The notes under the pieces are model-generated. The model saw only the letters and a list, made by a program, of their open reading frames with translations. It ran no database searches and was not told where the DNA came from. From Tubulanus polymorphus (lineage: Eukaryota; Animalia; Nemertea): DNA of 64,000 nucleotides. The stretch is from the NCBI RefSeq assembly GCF_964204645.1, contig NC_134030.1, positions 12,235,947-12,299,946 on the forward strand, in the 5' to 3' direction. A program made the position numbers and the translations under genes. Positions within the stretch are counted from its first letter, which is position 1; each line of letters starts with the position of its first letter. This document shows positions 43,626-57,900 of this stretch, one piece after another.

Positions 43626-45071
43626 ACCATGAACGTGAAGTTGTCTATTTGAGTCAGTGGGGAAAACTACTACCATGTATATTCATGATGAATCATCACG
43701 CAGATGTGTGTGATGGAGAACGTATCAATAGACAGATTTTCATGAAACTTCTTGATTGAATCGAGGGGGGACATGTAGGGCTTTTTTTGATTACTTGGAG
43801 CACGGATTCTCAGAAATTTGGCCAAAAACTTCATGCCAAAGATAGGTATGGGCTTCCATTCATAATTTTAAAAGACATTTTTTTCTTGATATTTTCCGTC
43901 CTTATTTTCGATCTAATTGTCAGTTTTCTCCCATCATTTGATATCAGCCCAATAGTTTTCACTATTTTTTATTTGTTGTGCTTAATAGAGTTCCAATGTT
44001 TAATTTTGATGCTGATTAAACATACACATGTAAATTTAGGAAAGTCCATATTAAGAATTTCGTTTCTTGTTCTGAATGTATTCTGGAATACAGTGGAATA
44101 TAGCTTGGATCCGCCCCTACCCTCACACATTTTGACAGACACTCGCCATCCGGACAAAAAATAATTATCAAGACAGTTACAGTGAACAGAGCAACTGATT
44201 ATAATTGTGCAAGCTAGGAAATAAGTCCAGATATAAGGGTATAGATAGTATTACGTTCTATAGTGAGACATGAATCAGAGATCTCTATTAAGTCCAAAGT
44301 TAAGAGTATCACCGAGTTTCTATTCCATAATTTCGCCTGAATGTTGATTTGAAGTGTTCATTTTATTTTACGCAGTCACTTTTTAGTTACTATTGTGTGG
44401 TTCCGATGATTGAAATGTTTGCCAATAGGTTTATCCATTTTCTTGTGTCCGATATCAATTTTGTGACAGTTCAAGCATTCAGGCAATGTTTATCCAGTTT
44501 TTCTGATGTACAGTTGATTTAACGCCGCCGAATCACTGCCAATCTCACCTACCAGCTGGATTCTATGGAATACAGAACATTTGTATCTAAAATGTACAGG
44601 AATAGCCCCGAGATATGAGACTATTTTAGGAAGAATAAAGATAGATCGCAACAGAAACAGCTGTCCACTTTTCCAGTGTGGTGGAATAAGACAATTTACC
44701 ATTAAGACGGCGTGCAGTAGCTATGTGTATTTATGAATCGAACAGCAATTAACATCATAGTATGTACCTTGAATGTTGCGTGTAACATGATTCCGACGTC
44801 TTTGTTTTCCTTATTAACCCCGATTTTTGTTACAATATACATCGTTACATAGTATTTGATTGACTTGACCTAAACCCTGATTTACCACCACACTATTTAC
44901 CGCCAAAATCTTGAATCCCCAAGGGTGGCATTAAAACTGTAGATTGTTCTGGGGTAGATATCACATTAACAATCTTGGTGGTGTCACATGTGCAGGGTCC
45001 AGTGACTTTGAGTTGCTGGTTGTTGGTGCAGTGATGGATGGTGGGATTAATCGAAATTTTGAAGACAATTA

Positions 45072-46288
45072 CAGTGAACCCCGCAGAAGTCGTAGCCACA
45101 GGACTTTTCTAGGACTTACGTGATGTACGAGTCACGTGTAAGTCGTATTTTTACGAGTTATCTATAAGTCGTGGTTTTATACGAATTCCGCGAATATCCT
45201 GTGAAAATTCGATATATACGACGCTCAGATTTCAGCATGGTCCATCATGTTCCCGGTCGTATCCTTACTCGGACAGTGCAGATCCTATATCGCTGAAATC
45301 TACCCTCAATCAATCAATTAAAGTTAAAGTTACACTGTACGTAATTGTCTAAACACTTACACATGGACAATATTGTAGCGCATATTTATCTGCTGCCAGC
45401 ATATCAGACTACGACTTACGCTAGGTATTTTGAATTGAATCAGAAGATTTGGCTTCTAAAATTGATACGACTTAGGTGAAAATACGACTTATGAAGTGCG
45501 AGTTATAAGCATAATTTTATAAGGTGTGAAGAAAAAATAAATTGCCCATGGGCAAAGTGTGGTTTACCTTGAAAGCTAGAGGTTGTTTGGAGTAAGGGCA
45601 TTGCTTGAAAAATCTTTTTAATTCGTGACTTCAAAGTTCCACAAGTTTATATTGTACTTTATCTTTCTTAAAGAATTATTTTGTAGTCAAATAAGACCAA
45701 AGATATTAATTTGGTTACGGTCCACGTCCCAAGGTTTGTAGGGTACTGGAGGCCTCGTGTAAGTGAATGTTCGCTTACACTTCGATGTCAATCAAAACAA
45801 TCACCGGGTTAAAATGAAACAATACCTATGGCGGATGTGTGAAATAATTACATCCTCACCAGCAATGAGATTTGAAATTCGCACGTATACGGCACCTAGT
45901 CCAATGAAACGTACGCCATTCTATGGCTTTCCCATAACTATTTTAGTAGCGCCGGAATTCCCCGTATATCCCAAAAACAGCCAATCCCATTCGCTCGTAG
46001 AGAGGACGCCCCCAATCGAGGTCATTGCAATTTTATACGCGAGAGCTAAGAATTTTCCCGCCAAAAACAGTTTTTCGTAGAATTTTAACTCAGTTGACCA
46101 TGTCATCGACAGAGGTTCGCCATGTCTTCAATCGCATGGATTATACGTCGTTTAAGCCGAGAACCAATGCTCACATAAAAAAAACGTCAACCTCATATCG
46201 ATGACAAAGGTAAACCGAAAATCTGGACCAAAATAATTATGATGTGATGATACGACTAATTCGATGACGAATTATGCGGGGTTGACTG
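45072..46288 (+). mobile_element. Tigger/pogo-like MITE (same family as 21348-21958)
   Basis: TA|CAGTGAACCCCGCAGAAGTCGT...ACGAATTATGCGGGGTTGACTG|TA. Confidence 0.8.
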
Positions 46289-46319
46289 TATCTTGACCTT
46301 CAATTTGTATTTGCATCTC

Positions 46320-46560
46320 CCCATGGCCCTTCCGCATAAGAAAATGGGGTCGATCAGACACAAGATGGCCATCTTTTTCGTGCCCAAAAAAGTCATTTTC
46401 GGTCTGATTTTGGAGATGTAACGGTTTGCAATTTTTTATTGAAACTTATGAAGGGTTTACTTTAGGAGTTCGTTAACATATTGGATGGGTTTGCAATCAG
46501 TTAATTGTCACCCTTTCAGTGGCCATCTTAGTGTCATCAGTCTTTATTAGTAGATCAGAC
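46320..46560 (+). repeat. HINE-family internal module
   Basis: Similar to ~2490-2740 (GGGTCGATC.GAC.CAAGATGGCC...CCCAAAAA.GTCA.TTT.GG.CTGA; GGCCATCTT..GTCATCAGT). Confidence 0.55.
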
Positions 46561-47907
46561 TTGAATGAGGCAAAGCCTGGAATGCCACCAGCCTTAAATT
46601 CACAGCCACATGTGAAGCTACAGGGTTTGTGGTAAATGCATTGGAAACATCATGGCCACAATTATTTCTATAAAAATATTACACATCATCCGTACCAAGT
46701 AAGTTTATAAAATTGATCAACAGTTGCAGCCTCTAGGCTTGTTTCCCTTGGCGGCCATTATTTGAATTGCATCAAATGAATTTTAGATAGGGTTCTGCCC
46801 CGAGTGATGCCCTACTCATGTACCAAATTTAAAAAAAAACGGTGAACATTTGTGACCTTTAGACTGTGAAACCACAAAAACCAAATTAACATGGTAAGAA
46901 TTGCATTTTATTACACGGTAAGAATTTGTATATTATTTGAGGTACACATCACTGCAAATAAAGGTACACGATCTAAATAAAATAATCACATAAATGAACC
47001 AACACCTGTTTTAATTTACTACATAATTCATATTTAAAAAGTATGTTCTCTCCCTGACCATGCTTATGGTAGCTTAAAGCATTAACACCCCTACATAAGG
47101 AAATTGTATGAAATAAGCTGATTGAAGAAAGCCTAGTCTGTCAATTCTTCATTCAAAGACGGTTATGAGCAATGCATTCTCCAAATCATTATATTATTAG
47201 ACCAGAAAAAATGGAAATTGAAAAGGGGTAAACATGTATACATTCATTTGTCAAAAAATATCTTTGTATCACGTTTTAAATGTCCGAATATCTCTTCAAA
47301 AAAATTATACAGGCTAATAACAAGACCTGCTGCGGCAACTATAAGAAGTTTAACAAAATGTTTTTCTATGTGCTTAAGTTTTCAATACGTTACCACTTTT
47401 TTGCAAAATGAGCAATAAAGTAGTTTTAATTGCACATAATGCATGCTAAAAGAACAATGTTGAAACATACGTGGCTAAGATGGGATATATTGAATTTTCC
47501 CTTGAATGCAAAGTATGCAGTACCCCAATGTGTTGTGCATCAACGATTTAACGTATCTCCAAGTCAGATCTAGTCTCTGGGTACTTTTTAGATGCACTAA
47601 GTACGATTCAGCTTAATAACCCCCGTTATATAATAGTTTACAAATATCTCCGCAGATACATAGTAAAGATATAATATACATTATACATGTATGTGGATCA
47701 GAGATGTAAGTGGCCAAAGGAAAAAAAGGAAAATAGTTGATATCCAAAAAAATTGAGAAATTTTACAAATTTTAAGAGTTCTCAGATGCAATTTCGCAGC
47801 ATTTTTTTTACCAGGAAAATGAAAAAAAAAACGGAATTCCGTCATAAGACAGAAGTCTTAAATCTCTGGTGGATTTACTTAACACATTTAGTAGCAACAC
47901 CATGGTA

Positions 47908-48070
47908 CAGTGGAACCTCCTTAATACGAACCTTGTGGGCAAAAGCAAAATTGTCGTATTAAACCGGTTTTATATTATCCAAAGCTTCATTGATTGACTG
48001 GCACATGCTGGAAATATTTGTAATAAACCGGTTTCGTCTTTTACAGAATCGTATTTCCAAGGTTCAACTA
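47908..48070. mobile_element. Short pogo/Tigger-like MITE
   Basis: TA|CAGTGGAACCT...AATACGA and TCGTATT...AGGTTCAACTA|TA form imperfect TIRs. Confidence 0.5.
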
Positions 48071-48806
48071 TAGCATGCAGTAGATATCGTAGGGGTAGGC
48101 AGGGTTACAATGATGAGCCTCATCTATACGAGAATGATAGTCTAAGGTATAAACCCAGGCTGGATTAATAAGAATTTGAGTTAACTAGCGTTGGCAAGTT
48201 GCATTTTTGGCCCAGGCCAAACTTGGCTGGAACAACTCTTCACACATGTGCGAAAAATATTGGACCAGGCACGAGCCAAATTTGAGCACGAGACAAATGA
48301 TTGTGTTTGAATTGCAACTGGTCCCAGAAATGACCCACTTCGCTTTGTTTGAGCATTGGTTAGTATCAAGTGAATGGTCTCCGTGAGTCTCTTTAGGCAC
48401 TGGCCAAATTTGGCTTGCCCCTGATGTGCTAATTTGGCCCGGGCCAAACCGTCTCCGTGTGATCGTGGCTATAGATGCTGGTCTCAAAACTTCCTCGCTC
48501 ATGTAGATGGGGCTATAGAATTCAACTCAAGAATGTAATAAATGAATGGCCACTATATAGGCATTCCTAGAATTTGCACACATTCAAGGCCACTAGGCCA
48601 TAGTTCCAAATACGATATGATACACACACAAATTTGCATAGACATTGTAGACTTTTCTGCCAGAGTCAAAACTTTTCCGTAAAATGATGAAAGTTTCATA
48701 TTTGATCTTGCACAGTCATTCATATGCCACGTAAAACAATTCCTACATGTATAATACTGTGGATGGCATCTTGGACCACATAAAGTATCATTCGTCAGAT
48801 CTATCT

Positions 48807-48971
48807 TTAGAATTTTCGGTCTTCCATTTCCTGTAGAAACTGGTAAGTCGAGGAGAAATCTTTTGGACCATATCCAGAGTTACACATTACACGATATAGC
48901 TGATGAGCAAGCGATCCAAGTGGGGTAGGAGCATGAACATGAGTAGCAGCATTCTGTGCAAGACCTAAATC
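48807..48971 (-). CDS. HIBADH: HIBADH last exon (DLGLAQNAA...KDFSSTYQFLQEMEDRKF*)
   Basis: TTTTAG acceptor; TAA stop at 48809-48807. Confidence 0.93.
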   Translation of the reverse strand, partial: DLGLAQNAATHVHAPTPLGSLAHQLYRVMCNSGYGPKDFSSTYQFLQEMEDRKF

Positions 48972-51900
48972 CTAAAACACAACAACAATATGTAAGTACA
49001 CTCGAAAGTTCACAAGTACGAGGTGGAAGTTTAACTTTTTTCTTCTCTTTCTGGGTGCTTGCATCATATAATGGAATACATTGGCGAGTATGCATAAAAG
49101 ACGTCTAGGGTTTGAAAATATGTAAATTCTGTAGGGCAGGAAAGGGTATAAATATTGTCATTGTGACTTGCATTGTGTCTGCCACTTAGCTGGAATCAGT
49201 GATAAAAGATAATCATTTCACAGCTTTTCAATGCCCATAGTTTCGACCATTTGAAGAGATAGATATTCATCTGTTAAGATTTCAATTCAATTTGTGTGGC
49301 AGCCTGCGTTAATTTTACCTACGAGGTGGTACATGAGTCTACACTGATATCATGAAGTTTTTTATTATACCGCCCGCATTGAAATAGACGGGTGTAGGTT
49401 ATGAACTTAAATCGTAGATTATATGACAGGGTTCATGGTGCTTCCGCTGACCCAAATTCACTGCCATTTGTTTCACTGCCCACATAATGCCAAATTCACT
49501 GCCTACTGCAGCAGTTATTTTTTCTAAATTAAATATGGTGAAAATAAGACATGTTTTAATATGACATTTTTGGTGGAAAAACAGATGGGATCCATAAGAA
49601 ATTTTGATGAAATTCTGTCAATTGACACAATCTCGCAAAGCACTAGGCCTATACATCTTGTAATCACAAACAACTGCATGATGATACTACAAGTGTTGTT
49701 CGGTAAATGGCAGCATTTTTTCTAGAAATAATGCCTATATGGTCCACGACCATAAAAACCATGAGTTTCAGAGATCAAAATTTTCAATTAACCAGCCGTT
49801 AATCGGATATGTGACGGATTACTTACACTTGTTTAGGTCTATATTACAAACACGAGTTCTACTGATCATCACATTTCGACATATGATCCTTGTTAGGGCT
49901 TGCATAAACTTAGGTTGGGTTGTACCAGAGACTAGTATAGTACAAGGGTGTAGGAAAATATTCCATAAGCTGGTTGTGATTTGGTTCTTCATTTCGACAT
50001 AATTCGAATACTGGCCAATTGTTGACAAAGTAGGCCTATAGCAGTCAGCCAAAGGATTCTTTATTTTGGTCAATGGATAACCATATTTCCCACATTGAAA
50101 CTCTTACTTTAGTCATTAAGGCTGTTCCAAATCCACCTTTATAGTCATTGCTTGATGGCACATTCGGCAGAATTTTTGGCACTGGATTGTACAGTTCACT
50201 TGACCAACATCGTCCTGTACTCATATTGATAACTTTGGCAATCATTTCTGGTTGCAAACCCAGCCTTAAGTAAAAGAAAAAAGAAACAAAATCATTACTA
50301 TCATTTAAACACTGCTCATAACTAGATCTAATTTCACAAATAATTTAAGCTAATGCCATTCTAGCCAAAAAGCAGTTCCAACGGCTGTGAAGTGGAGTAA
50401 ACTTTGAGTTAAAATTTGTTTATTTTCAATATTTTAAACTTAGATCTAAGCTCAGCAATGTAGAACTGGGTCCTGTAAGTTTTAAATGTTGTAGCAAATT
50501 TTTACTCTTTCGTGAAACTGGACCCACCACATATTTTACACGAAGCACTGCAGTTTTTCAAATGACCAATAAGTATGAAATGAGATATCTGGTCAAAGGA
50601 ATTGCCCAGCTGAAATTTACTAACATTATTTAATATATTGACATTTTATCCATTTGATTATAGATGTAAAGACATTTTTTCTGTATACAATAAAAGATAA
50701 ATGTGGGGTCATAGGATACATCTATTCACATGAAATTAGGATTCACGAGAGGTATATTGATATATGATAAACTTCGGCTAACTTGGACAAACTGGTACCA
50801 GTAAAATTGGCCAAAAAGAGGTAAGCAAAGTCTAAGAGTTAAGGATAGAAAAATATGTGAGGAAGTGAAAAAAGTTATTTCCATTCTATGCGAGGTAGTC
50901 AAAACTCTGAGTTTGCTATGTGTGAGTAGGGCTACCAGTCACAAATTTGTAGCTCGTGACATGACATGTGAAAGTTTCCCTATTGTCTTTAAGTTTTAGT
51001 ATCATTACCTTAGGCTAAAAATGATATCTTCTTTCTCATTATCAGCCAGGTCATTTTTATGCCCCCGGGGCATATAGATTTACCCCTGTCTGAGTACGCT
51101 GCCGCCGCAAGTGACGTTAACAGCCTAGAGGCCACATTTGTTAACTGATTGTTTTCAAACTTGGTACACGAGTAGGATATCACTTGGGCCAGAACCCTAT
51201 CTAAAATTGGGCCGATTCCATTAAAATTACGGTCACCAGGGGGCCGACATGAAATATGACATTAACAGGCTAGAGGCAGCAATTGTGGACCGATTCATTT
51301 CAAACTTGGTACACAAGTGGGGTTTCACTTGGGTCAGAACCCAATCACAATTGGGTCGATTCGATTCAATTTGGGGCCGACATGAAAAATGACGTTAACA
51401 GCCAAGAGGTCGCAGTTGTTGACCGATTCGTTTCAAACTTGATACACAAGAGCCCCAAGGGGCAGCATGGCCAGCCTGTCAGCTTTTCACAAAATGGCAA
51501 ATGATGCATTCTGTGAGTTTAATTTGTCCTACACTCCCAGCTTATAGACTATCAATCCCAGGCTAATAATTTACACAATTCAATCGTGTTTTCATAAGTA
51601 GAACAGTCACAGACAGCGACTGGAGCTGGCAGGAACAAATACCTCAGATAAATCTTAGACTTTTTTCCTTAGTCTTATTGATTTGAATGCGGAATAGATT
51701 TGAATTTTCTGAAATCTGCCCAATAAAACAAAATTGAATTGGATTTGCTGCTTTACCTTGTTCAATAAAGTAAAATTGAATTGGATTGGATATTTTTTTG
51801 CAGAATAAAATGTGATTGACTTTGCAGCTTGAGCACATGGCTAATTAGCATATCCAGGTCATCCATCTGATTTGAGAAAAAGCTATTTTTCCCGGACTTT

Positions 51901-54900
51901 GCACAATTGTCAATGATATTTTCTGAAGTGCAAATAAAAATATTCCTCCCAAAAACCAAATCAACTGAAGATTTCACAGAAATCGATATTGAAATACAAT
52001 TTTAAATCTTAAAATAAAACCTGGAAGTAAAACGGTAGACGATATCGTGGGTTCACGTGAACACCTGCTGATCTCTGTGGCTAAGCCAATCATAGAGGAG
52101 TCTTAGCTTTCTGATTGGCTTTTCAAAACAGATATTTTGGCTATCAGATTTTCGCGAAAAAACTCATATAAATTTTAACGAGGCCCTCTTTCAAAATTCA
52201 GCTTCATAAAAGGTCGGAGAATGGATAATGCTCTAATGAATGATTTGTATGAATATATGCTCAGTTGCACAGTCAAAGGACCTTTACTCCCGAAACCATG
52301 TCATTTAAATTCGCTCCATTTGTATAGTAATAGGCTCAGCCTACGGCTGGCCTAACAAGTAGGATATCACTTGGGCCAGAACCCTATTTACAATTGGGTT
52401 GATTCGATTCAAATTATGACAACCAGGGGGCCGACATGAAAAACGACGTTAACAACCTAGAGGCCGCAATTGTCGACCGATTGTTTTCAAACTTGGTACA
52501 CAAAGTAGAGTATCACTTGGCCAAAACCCTATCTTAAATTGGGTCGATTCGAACGGCCACTAGGGGCTGACATGAAAGATTACGTTAACAGCATAGAGGC
52601 CGCAATTGTTGACCGATTTATTTCAATCTTGGTACCAGTACACAAGTAGGGTATCACTTGGCCAAAACCCTATTTAAAATTGGGTTGATTCGATTCAAAT
52701 TATGGCCACCAGGGGGCCGACCTCAAACACGACATTAAAAGCCTAGCGGCCGCAATTGTTGGCCGATTCGAATCATAGCCATCAGGGGAAAACAGCCTAG
52801 AGGCTGCAACTGTTGATCAATTTTTACACTTTCTACATATGTTCTCCAATATCATTCTTATAGAAATAATTGTGGGCTCGATATTTCTAACGCATTTACC
52901 ACGAACCCTGTAACTTCATGTGAGGGTGAATTTCATACCGGGGGCATTCGAGGCTTTTAGTCGTAAATCGAAATGGAATTTGTAATCAGTTCATTCCTGA
53001 GCTAGCGGGTTAGCTATTGTCAGCTTGATCATGATTTTGAGAAAAGTAATTTTCAGGCAGATAAGCGGCCAGCCAGGTCAATGATTAAACTCAGCAGAAA
53101 CGAGAAATAGGTATCAATTTTTTTAGCCTTAGGAAGATATGAATTTGACGTCCATTGGTGAAATGAGTTAAACAGTATTTTTATTGCAGCAACTCCAATT
53201 TTCCATTTATCTAAAACTCATCACACATGTACTTCATACACAAGTAACCCACCTCAGCCCATTTACTAAGGGAGCATGCTAACATTCATTCCAGGGTTTG
53301 TCATATAACAGCAAACTTTTCAAAATCTGATTTACGTATTTAAGGAGATTTGACTTGTACCCAATGGTCACACCCAAAAATCACCTATAGTTTACACAAA
53401 CATGGATATAGGCTTATCTACCATGAAATGATATCTTCAACTTACTTGATACCAAGATTCATTGCCTCTGAAGTTCCGATCATCGATATTGCTAACAGTA
53501 AATTGTTGCAGATTTTAGCAGCCTGTAAATATAGCAAGTTAAAAATTCTTACAATGGACTATCCAGCGTTTACACGCAGCAACATTTGAAGATAATTGAA
53601 GAGACATTAAAGAACAATGTGGTTACTATCTCCTACCAATTTGAGTAGATAGGAAAATGATTTTATCCCTTTAAAACAGCGTAATTTGTTAAATGAATCG
53701 AAAACACATTAATGGGGTAAACTTAGACAAACCATAACTAGAAAACTAACTTGAAAGTATATTGATGCCTTGAAAAAATAACACATATTGCCTAATATTG
53801 TCAAAGATGAGGTAGGCCTATGTATAAATGATATAATATTAAGGATCAATAGAATTTTCAATTCAAGTACACCAATCAGCAAATTGAGTTGCCCAGCAAA
53901 CAGTCAAAACCCACGATATTTTGATGATGTAATGCAAAAAATTATCATTTGATCTGTTAGAAAAGACATGTAAATTTAACAAATGGAAAATATGGGTCAT
54001 TAGATATTTAATTACAAAATACATGAAAATGTCAAATTTCACAATTGCAATTTTCATTTTGAAACTCCAACATTGATGACATAGTGCACATCGACTCCAT
54101 AACAAGCCTAAATATGAGGTCTGTTTACCGCTTAAAACGGACATTTTCCCCCAGCCAAAAGTCGTCCTATTTTCCCCAAATCCTGGAATATTATTTGTGG
54201 ACGTGTGGGATAATAAATTGATTATTCGTTCTCTAAAGATGTTGTAGTGTTTTAATTTTAGTATATTAGCGATCTGTTTCAATAAAAAAATCTGTGGCTG
54301 ACGATGCAGTGTATAAGTAATCGTGCATAGGCCATATCTACATTCCATACAAAGCATAGTGCAATCGCCCAGACTGTTCCTTCCAACTCTATTTTCCATA
54401 AATGGTATAGTCCACACGTTAGCCTATGAAACTGTGTATAGGCAGTGTTATCTGTGTGTGTGATGCTTCAAGGAATGAATGAAGTTCATGTGACAGGCAC
54501 TGTACTCTGTGGTACTTGTAATTACAGCAAAGACAATATGATAACATAAGAATGCACTTAAAATGGCTCCAAATATCCTCTAAACTCCCCCCTTTGGCCT
54601 TTACGTCTGATGCATTCGTCTTGGCATGGATACACACTTGTACAATTTTTTCCCCCAATAAAGAGTAACTAACACTTTATTTTTACGATCACGGAAACCC
54701 TCGGTTTTTCATTATATCTTTTTTTCTACCACAGGTGCCTAACAGGTTATTTTTCGTCTGCCAATCTGAGTCGGCTCGTGATTACAGGAGGCGGGATGCA
54801 GCCGCTTATCTCGCTGCAGTGTGTATACAGTACTGCTGTCTCTAGCTTACTATATGTACTAACTCGGGGTATTCCCGAGCACAGTAGTTTTGAATGGCGT

Positions 54901-57900
54901 AGTTTGTGTAGATATATGTGATACCGGCTGACAATACTGATAATTTTCATGAAGAAAATCCCTTACTCGCAGTGCTTTCAAGAAATAAAATCCCGGCTAG
55001 CGACGAAAACCCTACAGAGACAATATCTCAGTTGGCCATCTTGATTCTGACAGGGCCAGTTTTACGGCTGAAGATGTGTCTAGGGTAGAGACATGTATAA
55101 ACCAAATATCAAGACATTACCTTGAAGCTTCTTCAAAACTGCCCAAAATAACTGGATTCCGTCTACGGACGGACGGACGACGGACGAAAAGTGAACGCAA
55201 TAGCCCGCTGTGACTAAGTCCCAAGTGGGCTAAAAAATTAATACATTTTATAGAAGATTGTAAATTTTACTTTCCCCTTCAACCTTTCATTTATGCTGCT
55301 AAAATCACTAGGCCTACTCCAACCAATCTACCGTAATAAAGGGCCTTAAGATAGGCATTTGGTCACTGGCTTTGAAAAATTGCAAATTTCTTAAAAAGTT
55401 GCTGCAGTTGGCAGTGAATTTTACATAAGAAAGGCAGTCAATGGCAGTGAAATTCACTTTTCTAGCCTGATTTTTTTTGTAAAAACTGCTTACTTAGGTT
55501 GGAAAAAAGTGCGCTTAAGTGCTTATATTTTTCCTGTAGCCTTACAATTATGAACCGTTTTGGCCTTCAGTCAAAGTTGGTCGAGACCCTGCTGTTTTAC
55601 TAAATGACCTAATGGCTAAAATGATTAATGAAAACATTGCTACAGTTTTTGGAAACAAATAGACAACTCACCTGTCCAGTTCCAACGTGACCACAATGAA
55701 TTACATTTTTTGCCATCAAGTCAAGAATAGGCTTGGCTCTGTCAAACTGCTCACCACCAACCATGAATGTAAGGATTCCATCCTTGGCAGCATTGACTCC
55801 TGCAAAATTTAATGAAAATCATTAAAATGGCCCAACAGATTTATACCTACACAGTATATACATGTACATGTATATATTCAACTATGGTTTCTCCTATTCA
55901 ACTATTGAATACATGTTAAAGAGGCACTGGCTAATGGTGTCACCACAAAAGTAATCCGAACTAGCCGTCAGACCAACTCACAGAATCGGATACTGTAGAT
56001 ATTGCAAAATTATGATTCGTATAAGTGAAATTTGTATTCCTGAAATATACATCAGAATCACACATTCTAGAGCCTGTTCCAGATAGTGGCAATACTAACT
56101 ATGTCTATGAGAGCAAGAAAGATCCTGCAAGCATGAACATTTACCTCCAGAAACAGGAGCGTCCATGTATCCAGCACCTTTTTCCTCAGCAATTTCAGCC
56201 ATTTGTTTGGATACTGCCGGGTCAATTGTACTACTGTCTATCAATAAAGTTCCTTTCTTCACCGCACTGAATAGATAAGAAAAATTAAATGACATGCTAC
56301 TGATTCAACCACTTAAAAAGCCTCTCTCATTACTAGACTCAATGTTATACGAATTATGCAATGATTGTTTTAACACATGAAGAACAGGTTCAAGCTCAGA
56401 CTAAAGTATAACTTTTTTCAACTCAAAATCTACTTCGACTTGTACGCCGTATCAACCCGCATGCTACCAAATATGGTAAGTCAATGTTTTACTAACTTGA
56501 ATAAGCCATGATGTCCTGTGTAAACATCCTGCACATGAGGACTGGATGGTAACATAGTAATAATAGCTGAACATTCCCTAGCGATTGCTTCCGGCGATAC
56601 AGCAGGAGTGATGCCTACGATCAAAAATATAACAAATTATAAAACAATCAGTGATGCATATAATCAACAAGAGGACTTCAAAGTCCTGAGGTTCGAAAAA
56701 GCAAAGGCTGTCAGATGTATAAATTATGAATTACAAAAAAGAAAGGCAAATTATGAAAATAAATCAATATTCCATTAGAGAAGTTTGTTTAAAAAAAATT
56801 TAATTTGTTTTCCATTTGCATTGCGTATGTTATTGTTTACATCTAACGTCATCGATAAAATGAGGCGCGCAGCTGAGCCTGTTCCACTAAAAATGCACTT
56901 AGGGGCCGTGCATAAAGTACGTACGCTTGACTTCCGGGTATTTTTAACCCCCCTCCCCCCTTGTACGCTCATTGTACGTTTTTTTATAACCCCCCTTGCG
57001 TACATACTTTTAGGGGTAAACCCCTCCCCCCCCGTAAAACAGAATTTTCAGGAATAATGGTTTAAAGAAGGCAAAATCCACCCTGATTCAACAGAGTTCC
57101 TGCTGACGTTGATCAACGATCTTCCATGGCGACGAAATGAAAGACTGAAAGTGGGGAATTCCCGAGATCCAAATATAAAATATTGAATGCAACAAACCCA
57201 GGGAGACCGGTTTCGCAATTAAGGCAGTGTTTGCTGTAAAGACAGGTTTACCCACAGACATAGATGTTTATATTAAAATAATGATCACAATAAAAATAAA
57301 CTATTGTTTGTTTTATTCTACTACCTATTGAATATAATTATAATTATGAACAGATGTATCTATCATTTCAACAAATTTATCTTTTTATTATTATTTATCG
57401 TGCACAAAGTACGTACTATTAATATTAACCCTCCCCCCCTTGGAAAGTATGTACATTTTTAGCTGACCCCTCCCCTCCCCCTGTACGCTTTTGTACGGAT
57501 TTTAAGAACCCCCACCCCCCTATGGACGTACGTACTTTATGCACGGCCCCTTACTGGATGCACAATCTGGAATTTCCGGCATAATGTCCAATGCTAAATA
57601 CCTTACTTTAAAGGTCTATTTGGTGTAAATCGGATCAAAAATATTTCTAATACTTTGTTGATAACTTTTGAATTGGAGGCCGTTGTTAGCATCAACGTGA
57701 TGGTGTACGGGTACGGTACGCTTACAAAAGGCGCAGCATGGATGGTGTATTCATGCTCGAGTAGATGTGATCATTTGTTTTAACCGCTAAATCGGTTTTC
57801 ATTACGCATGATTTGAAAAAATGATATCATTCAGAGTATTTAAATCTATTTATCATGATAATGATAATATTCTTAAGACAAACGAATATCTGTGGACTTA

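Larger units (their letters stand above)
51013..53128. mobile_element. PIF/Harbinger-like MITE interrupted by nested HINE insertions
   Basis: Imperfect TIRs GGCTAAAAATGATATCTTCTTTCTC / GAGAAATAGGTATCAATTTTTTTAGCC, with TTA on both flanks. Confidence 0.55.

Noticed and set aside
48154-48481. EnSpm-like MITE with TTGGCCC.GGCCAA subterminal repeats
   Set aside because: The repeats are visible but matching termini and a TSD could not be established.
53863-54417. 184-aa ORF as a novel gene
   Set aside because: No recognisable motif, non-ATG start, and it overlaps a dispersed repeat within a HIBADH intron.
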